Part shown: positions 52,178 through 64,000 of the stretch, in pieces | Layout: each line of letters starts with the position of its first letter | How positions within the stretch are numbered: position 1 is the first letter of the stretch | Origin: Camelus dromedarius | Lineage: Eukaryota | Direction of reading: 5' to 3' | DNA length: 64,000 nucleotides | NCBI RefSeq assembly: GCF_036321535.1 | Contig: NC_087472.1 | Location: 100,132,001-100,196,000, forward strand | Notes under the pieces: generated by a model | Database searches by the model: none | What the model saw: only the letters and a program-made list of their open reading frames with translations | Told to the model about the DNA's origin: nothing | Program-made: the position numbers and the translations under genes

Positions 52178-52610
52178 TTTTTTAAGTTGAAGTATAATTG
52201 ACCTACAACACTGTTAGTTCCAGGTGCACAACATAGTGATTCAATACTTCTATACGTTACAAAATGATCACCATGGTAAGTCTATCTAGTTACCATCTGT
52301 CACTGTTCAAAGAGATTACGTAATTGACTGTATTCCCCATGCAGTACATTTTATCCCCATGACTCATTTATTTTGTAACTGGAAGTTTGTACCTCTTAAT
52401 TTCCCTCAGCTATTTCACTCATACCCCTAACTCCTCCCTCCCCTCTGGAAACCACTGTTTATTCTATCTATGGGTCTATATTTTCTTATATTTGTTCATT
52501 TGTTTTTTAGATTCCACATACAAGTGAAATCATACAGTATTTGTCTTTCTCTGACTTATTTCACTTATCATAATATCCTCTAGGTCCATCCATGTTGTCA
52601 CAAATGGCAC
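52178..52610 (-). mobile_element. L1 3' end
   Basis: ttttttaagttgaagtataattgacctacaac...ttagattccacatacaagtgaaatcatacagtatttgtctttctctgac. Confidence 0.8.
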
Positions 52611-55600
52611 TTCAAGATCTAGTTTAAATATCCCTTTCTGAGAGAGGTTGATATTGCAAAGAATACCACATCTAAAAGCCATGTCCCTACTCTTACTTAT
52701 TCTCATAGCATTTGCTCTTTTCCTTCATAGTGCTCACATTTCTATGCTTACTTATTTTATATTTATCATCCCTCCCACTAGACTGTGAGCCTGAGGGGAG
52801 CAGGGGCCATGGTATACTAGGCCATTGTCTGCCCCATGCCACACAGTAGGTGCTCAGTGAGTATTTATTGAATGAATGAATGAATGAATGAATAAAAGAC
52901 TAAATGATCAAACTGTGCTATACAATTGGAAGAGATCCGTACGATGAGTATCTGAGTAAAGGTTTGGTAGTAGAAAGCGAATCTATTGCATTTTTCTTTA
53001 TATGCATAAAAGCAGAGACAGCTGAGTCATCCATATTCATTGTATACAGATAAATATAAAAACACAATTACTGGTAATACTACCATTCAAAGGTAACGGA
53101 GGGCAGGGCCCAAAGCATGGAATTCAGAAAAGTGTAGGGCTGCATAGGCTAGGTCAGAGGCTGTGGTGATGGAAGTCATCCTAGTGTGGGATTCCAGGTG
53201 TCTGTTAAACAAGATTCAACAGACTCAGAGGAGAGCTGATCTTTTTCACCAAGGAAATTTGTGCCTTAGTGTTGTTCACTTGTGTATTAGGGTAACTGCT
53301 ATAACAAATGGCATCATGATTTCAGTGACTTAACATAATGAAAGTTTATTTTCACTTATGCAGTGTTCCAATGTGGGTGTATTCTGATTGGGCAGTCTCT
53401 TCTCTAGGTGATTACTTGATGATCGAGTCTTTCCGTTTTCAGGCTCTGTCCTCTCTTACTTCCTCAGATCTCCTTTCAGACAAATGACAAGGGAGACCAT
53501 GGTATATTTCCAGGGATGTTTTGTGTGTTTTGTAACTGCTTTATTGAGATATAATTCACATACCATACAGTTCACCCATTTAAAATGTACAAGTCAGTGG
53601 TTTGTAATACATTCTCAGAGTTGCATAACCATCACAATAATCAATTTTAGAAGACTTTCATCTCTCCCTCCAAAACCCTGAACCTGTTACCAGTCACCAC
53701 CCCTACCCCACCCCATTTTCCCCTAACCTCTCTCTCCAGCCCTAAACTACCACTAATCTATTTTGGCAATCCATTAGCAGTTACTCCCTATAACCCCACC
53801 TCACTCCCCAGCCCTAGGAAACCACTCATCTATTTTCTGTCTTTATGGGTTTGCCTGTTCTGGACGTGTCATACAAACAAAATCTTACGCGATCTCTTGT
53901 GACTGGCTTCTTTCACTGAGCAAAATGTTTTCAAGGTTCATCCATGTTGTAGCAGGTGTCAGTACTTCATTCCTTTTTATGACTGACTAATATTCCACTA
54001 TACTCTTATACCACATTTTATTTATTCATTCATCAGTTGATGGATGGTTGGATCGTTTCCACTTTTTGACTGTACCAGGGAGATGTGTTTGAGTCTGGTC
54101 AGGAACTGATGTTTATTACTTCTTAGCACATTTCACTATCCAAAATCTGGTCTCGTGGTCCAATCTAACTGCAAGGGAAGTTGGCAAATATGATTTGGCT
54201 GAGTGCTCAGGGGAAAAAAAAATAGATGTGATTTAGTGGACACATCCTAGTCTCTGCTCCAACTTGCAAATAAGGAATAGAATTTTACTGGATCCATCTG
54301 TGTGGAGATCCCTGGGAGTGTATCAGAGAGCAGAACCAAGAATTCAGGCAGGGATAGTCTTCAGCTCCTGTTGCCTTTGTGAAAATGGGAAAGCTGGCCT
54401 GAGAGATGCCCAGCTCATCAGGGCCCACCAGCCCAGTGTAGGATTCAGTCTTCACAGATTCTATGATCCGAGGAGACTGAGAATGGTTGGGATGATGGGA
54501 GCAAGAGTGGGATGATTTAATACTGGTTCTGCCTTGATACAAAACTAGGTCCTATTTGTAGAGCAGGAAAGCAACCTTTCTGGTTTGTGTGTTTCTTTGG
54601 CTCTGGACACTGCTCACACTAAAACACAGGATGCCTCTAACTGCCCCTTCTTCTTATGTAAATTTAAGGTATCTGGCAGGAGTAGGGCACCTGCTGTCTT
54701 GTAGCAGATGTATATCTGTCATTATCTGATCAAGAAACATAAACCACTCTAAGTATTTAAAACAGAGGAAGTTTAATACAGGAAACTGATTATAAGGTGG
54801 TAAAAGACTGCAAAGGCAAACAGGGAACTGAGGCAGCTCAGAAATTTGCATCAGCGGGAAGAAGCTACCATCTCTCCCTTGGCTGAATAGACACAGAAAA
54901 GAGATGATATTACCAGAACCAGTATTGTGAGCCAGCCTGTTGGGAGTTAGGTTTGAAGAAGAGATGCAGCTGGTTGCTAAAACCACCAGACAAAACACAA
55001 AAAAAGAGAGAAACATTACTCTGCTTTCTTCCTTCTTCCCCTCCTCTGGTAACTCATCCACCAGTGCCTCCAACTGGCTGCTCATTGCCTATAATCAGCT
55101 GAACTGGGAGCCTGGGAACAAGCCTAGAGGAGTCAACTCCCCTGTGATACAGAGCAAAGCATGGGAAAGAAGAATGTACTGAAGGCAAATAGACCAATGA
55201 TTGGCCCACAGGACACAACTTTCAGAAACACTACACAGTGTCTATATATATTTTTAAGTGAACTTTATTAAGGTCTAACTTACATAGAACAAAATGCACC
55301 CATTTGAAGTGCACAATTTTATGACTTTGGCCAAAGTAATACACCTATGTAACTACCACCACAATCAAGTTATAGAATGTTTTATCCCCAAAGGTTCTCC
55401 TTTGTTCTTTCTTGGTCACTTTCCCCCACCAGCCAGCCGCATTTGGATAATTTCGATTGACCTGTATTTCAGTTCACTGATCCCTTCTTTTGTAGTGTCC
55501 AGATCTGACATTATGCCCATTCAGTGATTTGTTTTTATATTTTTGAATTTTTCAGCTCTAGGACTTCCATTCATTTGTTTTTTGAGTTTCCATTTTTCTT

Positions 55601-56984
55601 GCAAACTACCTTCTTTCTTCACACATACACGTACATTACATTTATAGGAACAATGTATAATAGTTGATTTAAAGTTGCTGTCTGCTAATCCAGTAGCAGA
55701 TTCAGTTCATTTGTGATTAGCTCAAGCCCCAACCCCTTGCCTCGCTGCTGCCTTTTTGATCTTGTCAATATTTGAGCAGAGAAAGTTCTGGGCTGCCGTT
55801 TCTGATATCTTTGGATTCCACTTTTGCCGGGCCCCAGGATCTGAATGTTGTGATAATGCTGTGGTATCTTTCTACCTTTGGACTTTTCCTTCACTGTGAT
55901 TTTCTTGGCAAAATTCAGGGGATGGGTGTGAGGCAGGAGAATTGTTAGGCTACGTAATCTATGTTTGCTTGGGGACCCTTCCAGATCCCATTCTATCCCA
56001 TCAGTCCATAATATTGTTCAAGGCTTGGCTGATTTTCTCCTTGTCCTTACAAAGTTTCTCTGTGAAACTTTCCATTCATCCATACCTAGACCAGGCACCC
56101 AACTACGGAAGCTATCACAGCTCTGTGTTCACCTCTGAAAGGTTCGTTTTTCTCTGGAATTCATTTAATCAAGGATGTTCTTCCTTCTATTCAGTATAAT
56201 TTTTATATTGTCTGGGTTTTTATTGTTACCACAGGAGTCGAAGGCCCTTCACATTCTTCTACATCCTGATTGGAAGCAGAAGGTCTTTTCAAAGGTTTTT
56301 GATGGGGCACCTAAGGAAAAGTTTTCTCTAGAAAGGACAGTAGTCTAATGAGCTGCTTTGTTTGTTAATTCTCAGGTCTGGCTTAGAAGTAAGGTTTTTT
56401 GGAACTCTGTCTCCGTCCCTATGAACTTTCTCTCATAGACATACAATGTAGAACAGATGGGCAGGAAGGCAGGACGGCTGGTGACACACCCGTGCTCTGG
56501 CAGATCTGTAGTTCACAGTAACCTTGTAAGGTAAGCAAAGTCAAACCTACTTTTCAGGTGAAGAACTGAGGCATAGATGGGGAGAGTAACTTGCTTCAAA
56601 TTCAAATGGGTAGGAAATGGTATGAAACTCACCAAAATCTAGCTCTACATGATTCCCAGTCCAGTATTGGGTTTTTACTCTATGCATTTTTATTGCATAA
56701 ATAATATATGGATATGTCCATATGTTCTTGTGAAAAATTGAAAAAAATTAAAGCAGTTATCCCTTATAATTCTAATCACTGATCCTGTTTCTATTCCAGA
56801 AGTAACATCTCTTGTCAATTTGGTGTATGTCTTTTCAGAGAGTTTTGTGTGCATTTACATACTATTAAACTATGTCATACTGCATCTCAAGACCATACAG
56901 GAGATGTTCTGTTATTTCCTTTGTTCACTTAGCAATTGATGTTTGGAGATCTTTCCATGTCAGTATTTAGTCCTGCTTGGTTTG

Positions 56985-59305
56985 TCACTCATTCAACAGA
57001 CATTTTTTTGAGCACCTACTATGTGTCAGATCCAGTTCTAAACACTGGGGCACCACAGTAAATAGACCAGATGACAAAATCCCTCCCTCTTGGAGCTTAC
57101 ATTCTCAAACGGGAAGAGACAATCAAAAAATAAGTAAAATTATTAAAGCAGGTTAGGGTGATAGGGAAGGCTAGTGGGACAGGGAGGTTGCAATTGTAAG
57201 TTGAGTGCTCAGAGAAGACCTCAGGTACTAGAGAATAACTTGGAAAAAAGATTAAAAACGGATGAGGGAACATACCATGGAAACATATGGGGGAAGAACA
57301 TTCCAGGCAGAGGGATCAGCATGTGAAACAGTGTGGAGGTTTGTGCAGCTGGAGCAGAGTAGGTGATATGGGGGTGGGTGGATGGTAAGAGATGAGGTTG
57401 GAGAAACAACTGGGAACCAGATCTTGTAGAACCTTGCAGGGCATTATAAGAGAATTGACGATTGATCTAGATGGGAGCTACTGAAGAGGTACTGTTTTGG
57501 GGTTTTTTTAAGATGTAATTGACATATAACATTATATTAGTTTCAAGTGTACAATATATTGATTCAGTATATGTATATATTGTGAAATGATCACTACAAT
57601 GTGTAGTTGACATACATCACCTCACATAGTTAAAAAAATTTTTTTTCTTGTGATGAGAACTTTAAAGATCTGTCAGCAATTTTTAAGTATACGATATGGT
57701 GTTATTACAGTCATCACACTGTACATTACATCTCCAAGACTTACTTATTTTATAACTCGAAGTTTGTACTCTTGACCCCCTTCACCTATTTTGCCCACCT
57801 CCTACCCACTACAGTCTGTCCCCTGTATCTATATTTTGTTTTTGTTTTTAGATTCCACATATAAGTAAGATTATACGGTATTTGTCTTTCTCTGTCTGAC
57901 TTACTTCACCAAGCATAATGCCCTCAAGGTCCATTCATGTTATTCAAATGGCAAGATTCCTTTCTTTTTTATAGGTTGAGTAATAGTCCATTGTGTATGT
58001 ATGTATATATGTATATTTTTTCATAGTTTCTTTATCCATTCATCTATCAGTGGACACTTAGGTGGCTTCCATGTCTTGGCTATTGTAAATAGTGCTGCTA
58101 TGAACGTGAAGGTGCAGATATCTTTCTCAGTATTTTCATTTCCTTTATATAAATGCCCATAAGTAGAATTACTGGATCATAGGAGTTTTATTTTTAATTT
58201 TTTGAGGACCCTCCATACTGTTTTCCATAATGGCTGTACCAATTTACATTCCCATCAACAGTGCACAACAGTTCCCTTTTCTCCACATCCTCACTAATAC
58301 TTGTTATCTCTTGTCTTTTTGATGATAGCCCTTCTAACAGGTGTGAGGTAATATCTCATTGTTTCTGCATTTCCCTGATGATTAATGATATTGACCATCT
58401 TTTCATGTGTCTGTTGGCCATACACATGCTTTCTTTGGAATGTTTATTAGATCCTCTGCCCATTTTTTAATCAGTTTTTGTTTTTTGTTTTGCTCTTGAG
58501 TTGTATGAGTTTTCTATATATTTTGGATGTTAACCTCTTATCAGATGATTTGTATGGAGAGATTTGAGTAGTGGAGTGATATGATCTGACTTAAGAGTTT
58601 AGCAGGATCATTTTGACTGCTCTCTTGAAAATAGATTGTAGAGGGGTGAGAGTAGAAGCAGAAAATGATGGTGACTTGGACCAGGGTGGTCATTGTAGAA
58701 GTCATGAGGAGTAGGCCAATTTTGGATATGGTTTGAAATACAAGTCAACAGAATTTGTTGGCTGAATAAAGGGCATTAGAGGAATCAAGCATGACGCCAA
58801 AGTTTCTGGCTTGAATAACAGGAAGAATGGACCAGCCATTATTAAATGAGATGAAAAAGATTGTGAGAACAGGTTTGATGGGACAATCACGAGTTTCATT
58901 TTGGATATGTTAAGTTTGAGGTATTAGACATGCAAGTGAGATGCTGAGAAAGTAGTTGGATATGTAAGTCTAGAGTTTAGGGGAGAGCTCTTGGCTGGAG
59001 ATGGAAATCAGGGAGTCATCAGAATATAGATGGTTTGAAAAACTCGTGACATTGGATGATATCACCAAGGGATATGAAGAGGAAAAGTCCAAGCATTGTG
59101 CCTGGGGACACTCCAATGTTAAAAGATCGGGGAGATGAATAGGAACCAGAGAATTAGGCTGAAGTAGGAGAAAAATCAGGAAAGTGTGGTACCCTGCAAG
59201 CCAAATAAAGAAGGTGATCCAAGGAGGAGGGAGTGCTCAACTGTCTAATGCTGCTGGTAGGTCAGATAAGACAAAGGCTGAGAATTAATCAGTGGATTTA
59301 GCAGT
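56985..59305 (-). mobile_element. L2 LINE remnant interrupted by an L1 3' end at about 57500-58550
   Basis: L2 3' motif cattcaacagacatttttttgagcacctactatgtg; L2 body motifs (ttttggatatgttaagtttgag). The inner L1 has a standard 3' UTR. Confidence 0.78.
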
Positions 59306-59309
59306 GATA

Positions 59310-59466
59310 CAGACCTACTGAATTAGAATGTCCAGGGTAAGAAACACTGATGCCTGGATCTCTTCTCCAGAGATTGATTTAATTGGTCTGAGGTACAGCC
59401 TGGACACCAAGGTTTGTAAAGCTCCCCAGGTAATTATAGTATGCAGCCAAGGTTGAGACCCCACTG
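59310..59466. mobile_element. MER5A-like remnant
   Basis: gatttaattggtctgaggtacagcctgg...aagctccccaggtaattatagtatgcagccaaggttgagacccactg. Confidence 0.7.
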
Positions 59467-60599
59467 TCTTAGTTAACCTCCTCTCCTAAATTGTGAAATG
59501 GCTTTATTGTCAGAAATGGCTGTGGCTGGACTGATTAAGCACAGGAGTATGTATCTGTAGGCTTGTTCTTGGATACTTTGGGATCTGAAAATGATAAGCA
59601 GATCTGAAAATTGATTATTAACCACTAAAGGGATTAGCCATTTAGCACCTGTCTTAAAGTGGCTTTTAAGCTGAAAATCCCTTTGCTTTTCACTGTTTGC
59701 AAATGTTTGATTTTTTTTTGTTTTGTTTATCCTCAAAAGACCTTTTGTTTTGAGTAACAAGGGTTCGTTTCAAGTTAATGAAAGAATTCAAGGGAAATCT
59801 TGATGCAGTTGGTCTAAAGAAAACCAACCAAACCTGAACTCATATCAATAATTAAGCACTTAAACGAGTTAAGTACATTCTTTTCCAAATCCTGAATATT
59901 TCACACCTCAAAAGTTGGCTCATAACAGATGTAGAAATTTTGTACCTCATTAAAGTTTTTACCTTTTTCATTTTCTCACCACAGACTCAGGACATTATTT
60001 AAATGCTTTAGTAAATTTTGAGTTGAGTTGGTATTTTTTGGCTCTTAAAAATTAAAGAATATCATGGGTGAGCTGTTCATCAAAAGATCTGGTCAGCAGG
60101 CTGGTAAAATTGGATTCTATGGACAAAGAGAAGAAGAATCAAATGTATTAGAACAAGACCAAGGTAGAAAATAGAAAAGGTCTGAGTTGAAATAGAGGCT
60201 TAATTATTGCAGGCTTCCAGAAGGATGCCAAGTGTCTAGATTAGTCCTTTTCAGTCCAGGTTGGGTTCCACAAGAGAATTAAGCCCTAATGTCATAAGGC
60301 ATTCATTGTATCAATTGAATGAACTCTGTTAGACATCCGGAATGGGATGGTCATGTACCATCCTTGGGAGAATGGAGAAAATAGTCACTTGAATAATCAA
60401 ATAATTTTCTCTAGGGCTTAATTCTCTAGCAGAACCCTTGAGAAAGGCTGTTTTAGGTACTAATTTGTCTTCTTTGATGATGCAGTAGTCTTTTGAGGTA
60501 CAGGTCCTCAGGAAAGAAAGCATGAAAGAGCCTGTTGTAAAATTACCAAGAAATTTTTAAAAATCTCTTTATTCCTTTGTTTGAGTAGTTATTAGTAAA

Positions 60600-63150
60600 A
60601 TATACACAGGAACACCTTGTACAAATCTCAGCAATGATTTTTTGAACAATTTAATGTGTGTCCTTCCAGACTTTTGTCTCTGCACATAAACATATATGTA
60701 AATAGTATTTAATGCAAAGAATGGGGTCTTGCTATTCATTTAGTTCCGCAGTTTTTTCCCCATGAACTTTACGGATGTTCTTCTGTATAATTCCGTGTGG
60801 ATTTGGCCCTAAGGGGTGCATGATATTCAATAATTTGGTTGTTGCAAAATATATTTTACCACTCTTCTGTTAGTGGACATGTGGATCATCTTCAGTTTTT
60901 CACTATTATAAACAATGCCATAATAAACATTTATTCAAAAATTCTTGAATATCTATGTAAGTATTTCTATATTATAGATTCCAGAAGAGTCAGGATGAGT
61001 ACCTTGTCCTTTTTTTATTATATAAATTTCAAATATATTGAAAAGTAGGGAATAATATAACGAACCCCCTTATTTACCCCTTATCCACTTCAATAATTAT
61101 CATCACAGGCCAGTTTTGTTTCTCACTCACTGCCACCCACTCTACCATACCCCAACGCTGGGTTTATTATGAAGCAAAGATAAGCCATTTCAATGGATAT
61201 TTCAGTATGTGTCCCTAAAGATTAAGGAGACTTTTATAATAGATAATCATGATTATATTATCATACCTAAAAATTAACAATAATTTCTTAGTATCAGTGT
61301 TCAAATTTTCCAAATTGTGTGTGTTTGTTTGTCCGTCTCTCTCTTTTTTTTTTTTTTTTTTTTGATGGTGGGTCTGTTTGACATGATCCAGACAAGGTCT
61401 ATACGTTATATTTGGTTGATATGACACTTAACTCTTATTTAGTATATAGATTTCCCCTTCTCTTATTTTTTTTCCTTATTATTTATTTGTTGAAGAAGCA
61501 TTTGTCCTGTAGAGTTTCCAAATTTATGGGTTTTGCTGATCGTATCCCTGTGATGTAATTTTAAAAGTCCCTCCCCGACCCCCGTGCAAGTTGGTCATTA
61601 GGTCTAGAGGCTTATTTCAGATTCTGGTTTGATTTATTTATTTTTTTTTGGAAAGAATACTTAATATTTGGTTGTGTACTTTATCTGTTTTTTCTCTTTT
61701 TGTGATGCTAGTGACCCTTGACAATCATTGCCTAGACCTGTTTTTTCATTAGGGATTGTAAAACAGTGATATTTGAATTTCATGATTAATTTCTGAGTTA
61801 TTAGCCCAAATATTTTATAAGGAGAAATTTTTCCTCATCAACTTGGTTACCTTGATATACAATTTGTATGGAAAAAAGAGGCTATATGCTTAATTTGTGC
61901 CTTGATCAGTTTTCAGAAACAATGAATTGGTTCATTAACATCTTTCAGAAGTGACCAGTGAGGTTTTATAAGATCGTAATGAACTCATCATCTTAGTGAT
62001 AGTTGATATGTTTCCATTCTTTATAGTTATTGTTCTTCTTAACATTCAGATTGCCCCCTCTTTGGCCAAAAACTGATTCAAGTTGGCTCCTAAGTCTTTT
62101 TGATACGAGCTTAGTAGCTTCTTTGCTTCTTTGTGTGTTGAAATGTTCCAAGATCATCTTAGACATAGCTGGGATCAGCCATTCCTTCAGGGAGTCCTGG
62201 TTTCTTTTAGTGAGAAATGATGTTTACAGACCCCAATCAGGGCTTGGAGGTTCTCATTGCTACTGAGTTGGCCATTGCTTTGGACCTTTTTGGTAGACAG
62301 AGCTAGGGAAACCATCTCATGATACTGATGTTCCAATTCAAATTTAGGACTATAGGGTTTTTACATAATTTCTTTGGTTTCATATTTGTAACTCCTATGC
62401 TGAAAAATCTGGTTCCTAATGATATTAATATTGTTTGTTGTATTCTATAATGTAAATATATAACATTTTCAAAATACCTGTATCAGTATTATCACCAACA
62501 GTGTGGTTACTGGAAACTGTTTAAGAATTCTTTACATTTATGTTTTTTCCTTAAGTTATATCTTCTTAGGAAAATACAGTCAAACTGCTGTGTTTTTAAA
62601 TCCCATGATAAATTCGTTTCTCTTTTATGAGTCAGCCATCAGCCAGATGCATAGGTTCATTTGTTTTGCCCCAGCCACAAATTCGGATGGTATGTTTATT
62701 GGCAAACAGTGTTTTTAGGCAATATTTAAGAAATTACTTCACTTTCATTTATAATTATGTAAAAATCTTAGGTAATTTCAAAATCAGATTTTAAGAAATG
62801 TAACTTGTATCTATCCCTGTCCTCTTCATCATGTTTTTTCCCTCCACCTATCAGAATCGGCTTTTATTACCTTTTGTTTTATCCTTCCATTTTTGAAGAA
62901 ATAAAAGCAGATATATGTATTTATTCACATCCTCCCTTTTCTTAAATAAAGAAGGAGCATTCTGTGCACAGTATTCAAAACCTTGCTTCCTCGTCTGAAC
63001 AGTATATTCTGGAGAGCTCTCCATAGCAGTACTATATAAAATTTGTTTCATTCCTTTTTACAAATATTTTATATTATAGTATGAACATGAATATCATTGT
63101 TCTTAGTTAATTTACTCAGTCCTCACTTCTGATGGACATATGCTTCCAAA
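60600..63150 (-). mobile_element. Ancient L1MC/L1ME 3' region remnants
   Basis: tttattatataaatttcaaatatattgaaaagtag...; cagccattccttcagggagtcctggtttcttttagtgagaaatg. Boundaries are approximate. Confidence 0.55.
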
Positions 63151-63862
63151 CCTTCACAGGAACACTTTTAATATTTCATAACCACAAACTCCAGTTATTT
63201 TGTGGAAAAAAATTATTTTAACAACTGTCTAAGGAATCCATTTCCTGTGTGTAAAATGAAAAATTTACCATATAATTTAATAATACAGAAGGCTATGATT
63301 GATGGATATAGAAATAATTTCTTAAATTTCTTATTCTGGTGGGTGTGATAGGAATTACTACAGTCCTTCCTTGTTTGAGGTTGGCAAGACATTTCAGTTC
63401 AAGAAATGCCAAGATTTCTAAATTTATCTTGACTTTCTGAATTTGAGGACCCTGCCACTTTTCCAAAATAATCTTTTGTCAAACTGTCTCATCCTCATGA
63501 TTCAGGCTTAGCTTCTGAAATCATTACTCTCCATCCAGCGACAGGAGGCCGCCATATTATTATTTCTTTCTAAATATCTTGATCTGCATATGCTTTCATC
63601 CACAGTCTAGGTCTAATTTAAAGAGAAAGGATCAGGTAGGGACTGAGTATGATTGACTGAGACTTACTGGTGTTGATCTTAAGCAGTTGTTTCATTCACA
63701 TAGGAAAAATGAAATATAATTTAGATGTCTTTTTCCTGCTAAAGCCAAGTATCCCTACACCAGCCCTAATGTAACAGTGGCATTCTCATTCAGAGAATGA
63801 ATGCATGTATACTCCTGTGTCTTGATTAAAACATTTGTCATCTTATGACATGAACTTGTCAG

Positions 63863-64000
63863 GAGAAACAGCACAGGCGATCATGAGAAGGCTCTGCAGA
63901 TCATGCTCCAAGTTCTGCAGAGCTGTGACCACCCAGCTCCCAGCATGTTCTGCCTGTGCAGAGGATCTACAAGGACATCTTCTTGGATTCAGACTGCAAA
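63863..64000 (+). pseudogene. MAP3K15: MAP3K15 exon (exon 7 equivalent), frameshifted, cut by the window end
   Basis: ttgtcAG|GAGAAAC... encodes RNSTGDHEKALQIMLQVLQSCDHPAPSMFCLC. Only 2 nt (AG, 63960-63961) remain of the Gly codon of the conserved CLCGRIYKD motif; RIYKDIFLDSDCK continues in a different frame. Confidence 0.9.

Larger units (their letters stand above)
37780..64000 (+). pseudogene. MAP3K15: MAP3K15 (ASK3) gene body, apparently inactivated; four exons visible, continuing past the window end
   Basis: Four exons with AG acceptors (GT donors visible for the first three) translate in order to the ASK-family N-terminal regulatory region: ASSGNYYFIP..., YYKETLLNDI...ELARIK...[30 protein letters not shown]...[19 protein letters not shown] and RNSTGD.EKALQIMLQVLQSCDHP...MFCLC. 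These match my recalled MAP3K15 better than MAP3K5 or MAP3K6. There are four frame-breaking lesions. Confidence 0.92.

Noticed and set aside
54654..55085. 143-aa ORF on the - strand
   Set aside because: It starts at a non-ATG codon, resembles no protein I know, and overlaps what looks like an ancient MaLR-type LTR remnant.

Overview
This is mammalian genomic DNA, very probably from a camelid: it carries five copies of a tRNA-derived SINE of the Vic-1 type and cetartiodactyl-type L1 3' ends. Most of the window is intron and interspersed repeat (L1, L2, MIR, hAT-Charlie MERs, ERV1/ERVL/MaLR LTRs). The only host gene is MAP3K15 (ASK3) on the + strand, seen as four exons equivalent to human coding exons 4-7: 37780-37978, 41120-41288, 43177-43283 and 63863 to the window end. 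Splice sites are canonical, but the coding sequence is broken by two in-frame stops and a 5-bp duplication in exon 4 and a 1-bp deletion in exon 7. I could not find exons 1-3 in the 37.7 kb upstream. The locus therefore looks like an unprocessed, possibly unitary, MAP3K15 pseudogene, meaning a candidate loss of the osmosensing kinase ASK3 in a camelid. An old EIF5 processed pseudogene lies at about 16.9-18.7 kb. Other points of note are a TSD-flanked near-full-length L1 with an atypical 3' tail that recurs in a second, scrambled L1, a fold-back L1 junction, and a cluster of three solo LTRs, one with a duplicated end. No prokaryotic-type system, CRISPR array or intact novel gene was found. Comparisons with human sequences and repeat family names come from recalled sequences and need checking by alignment.
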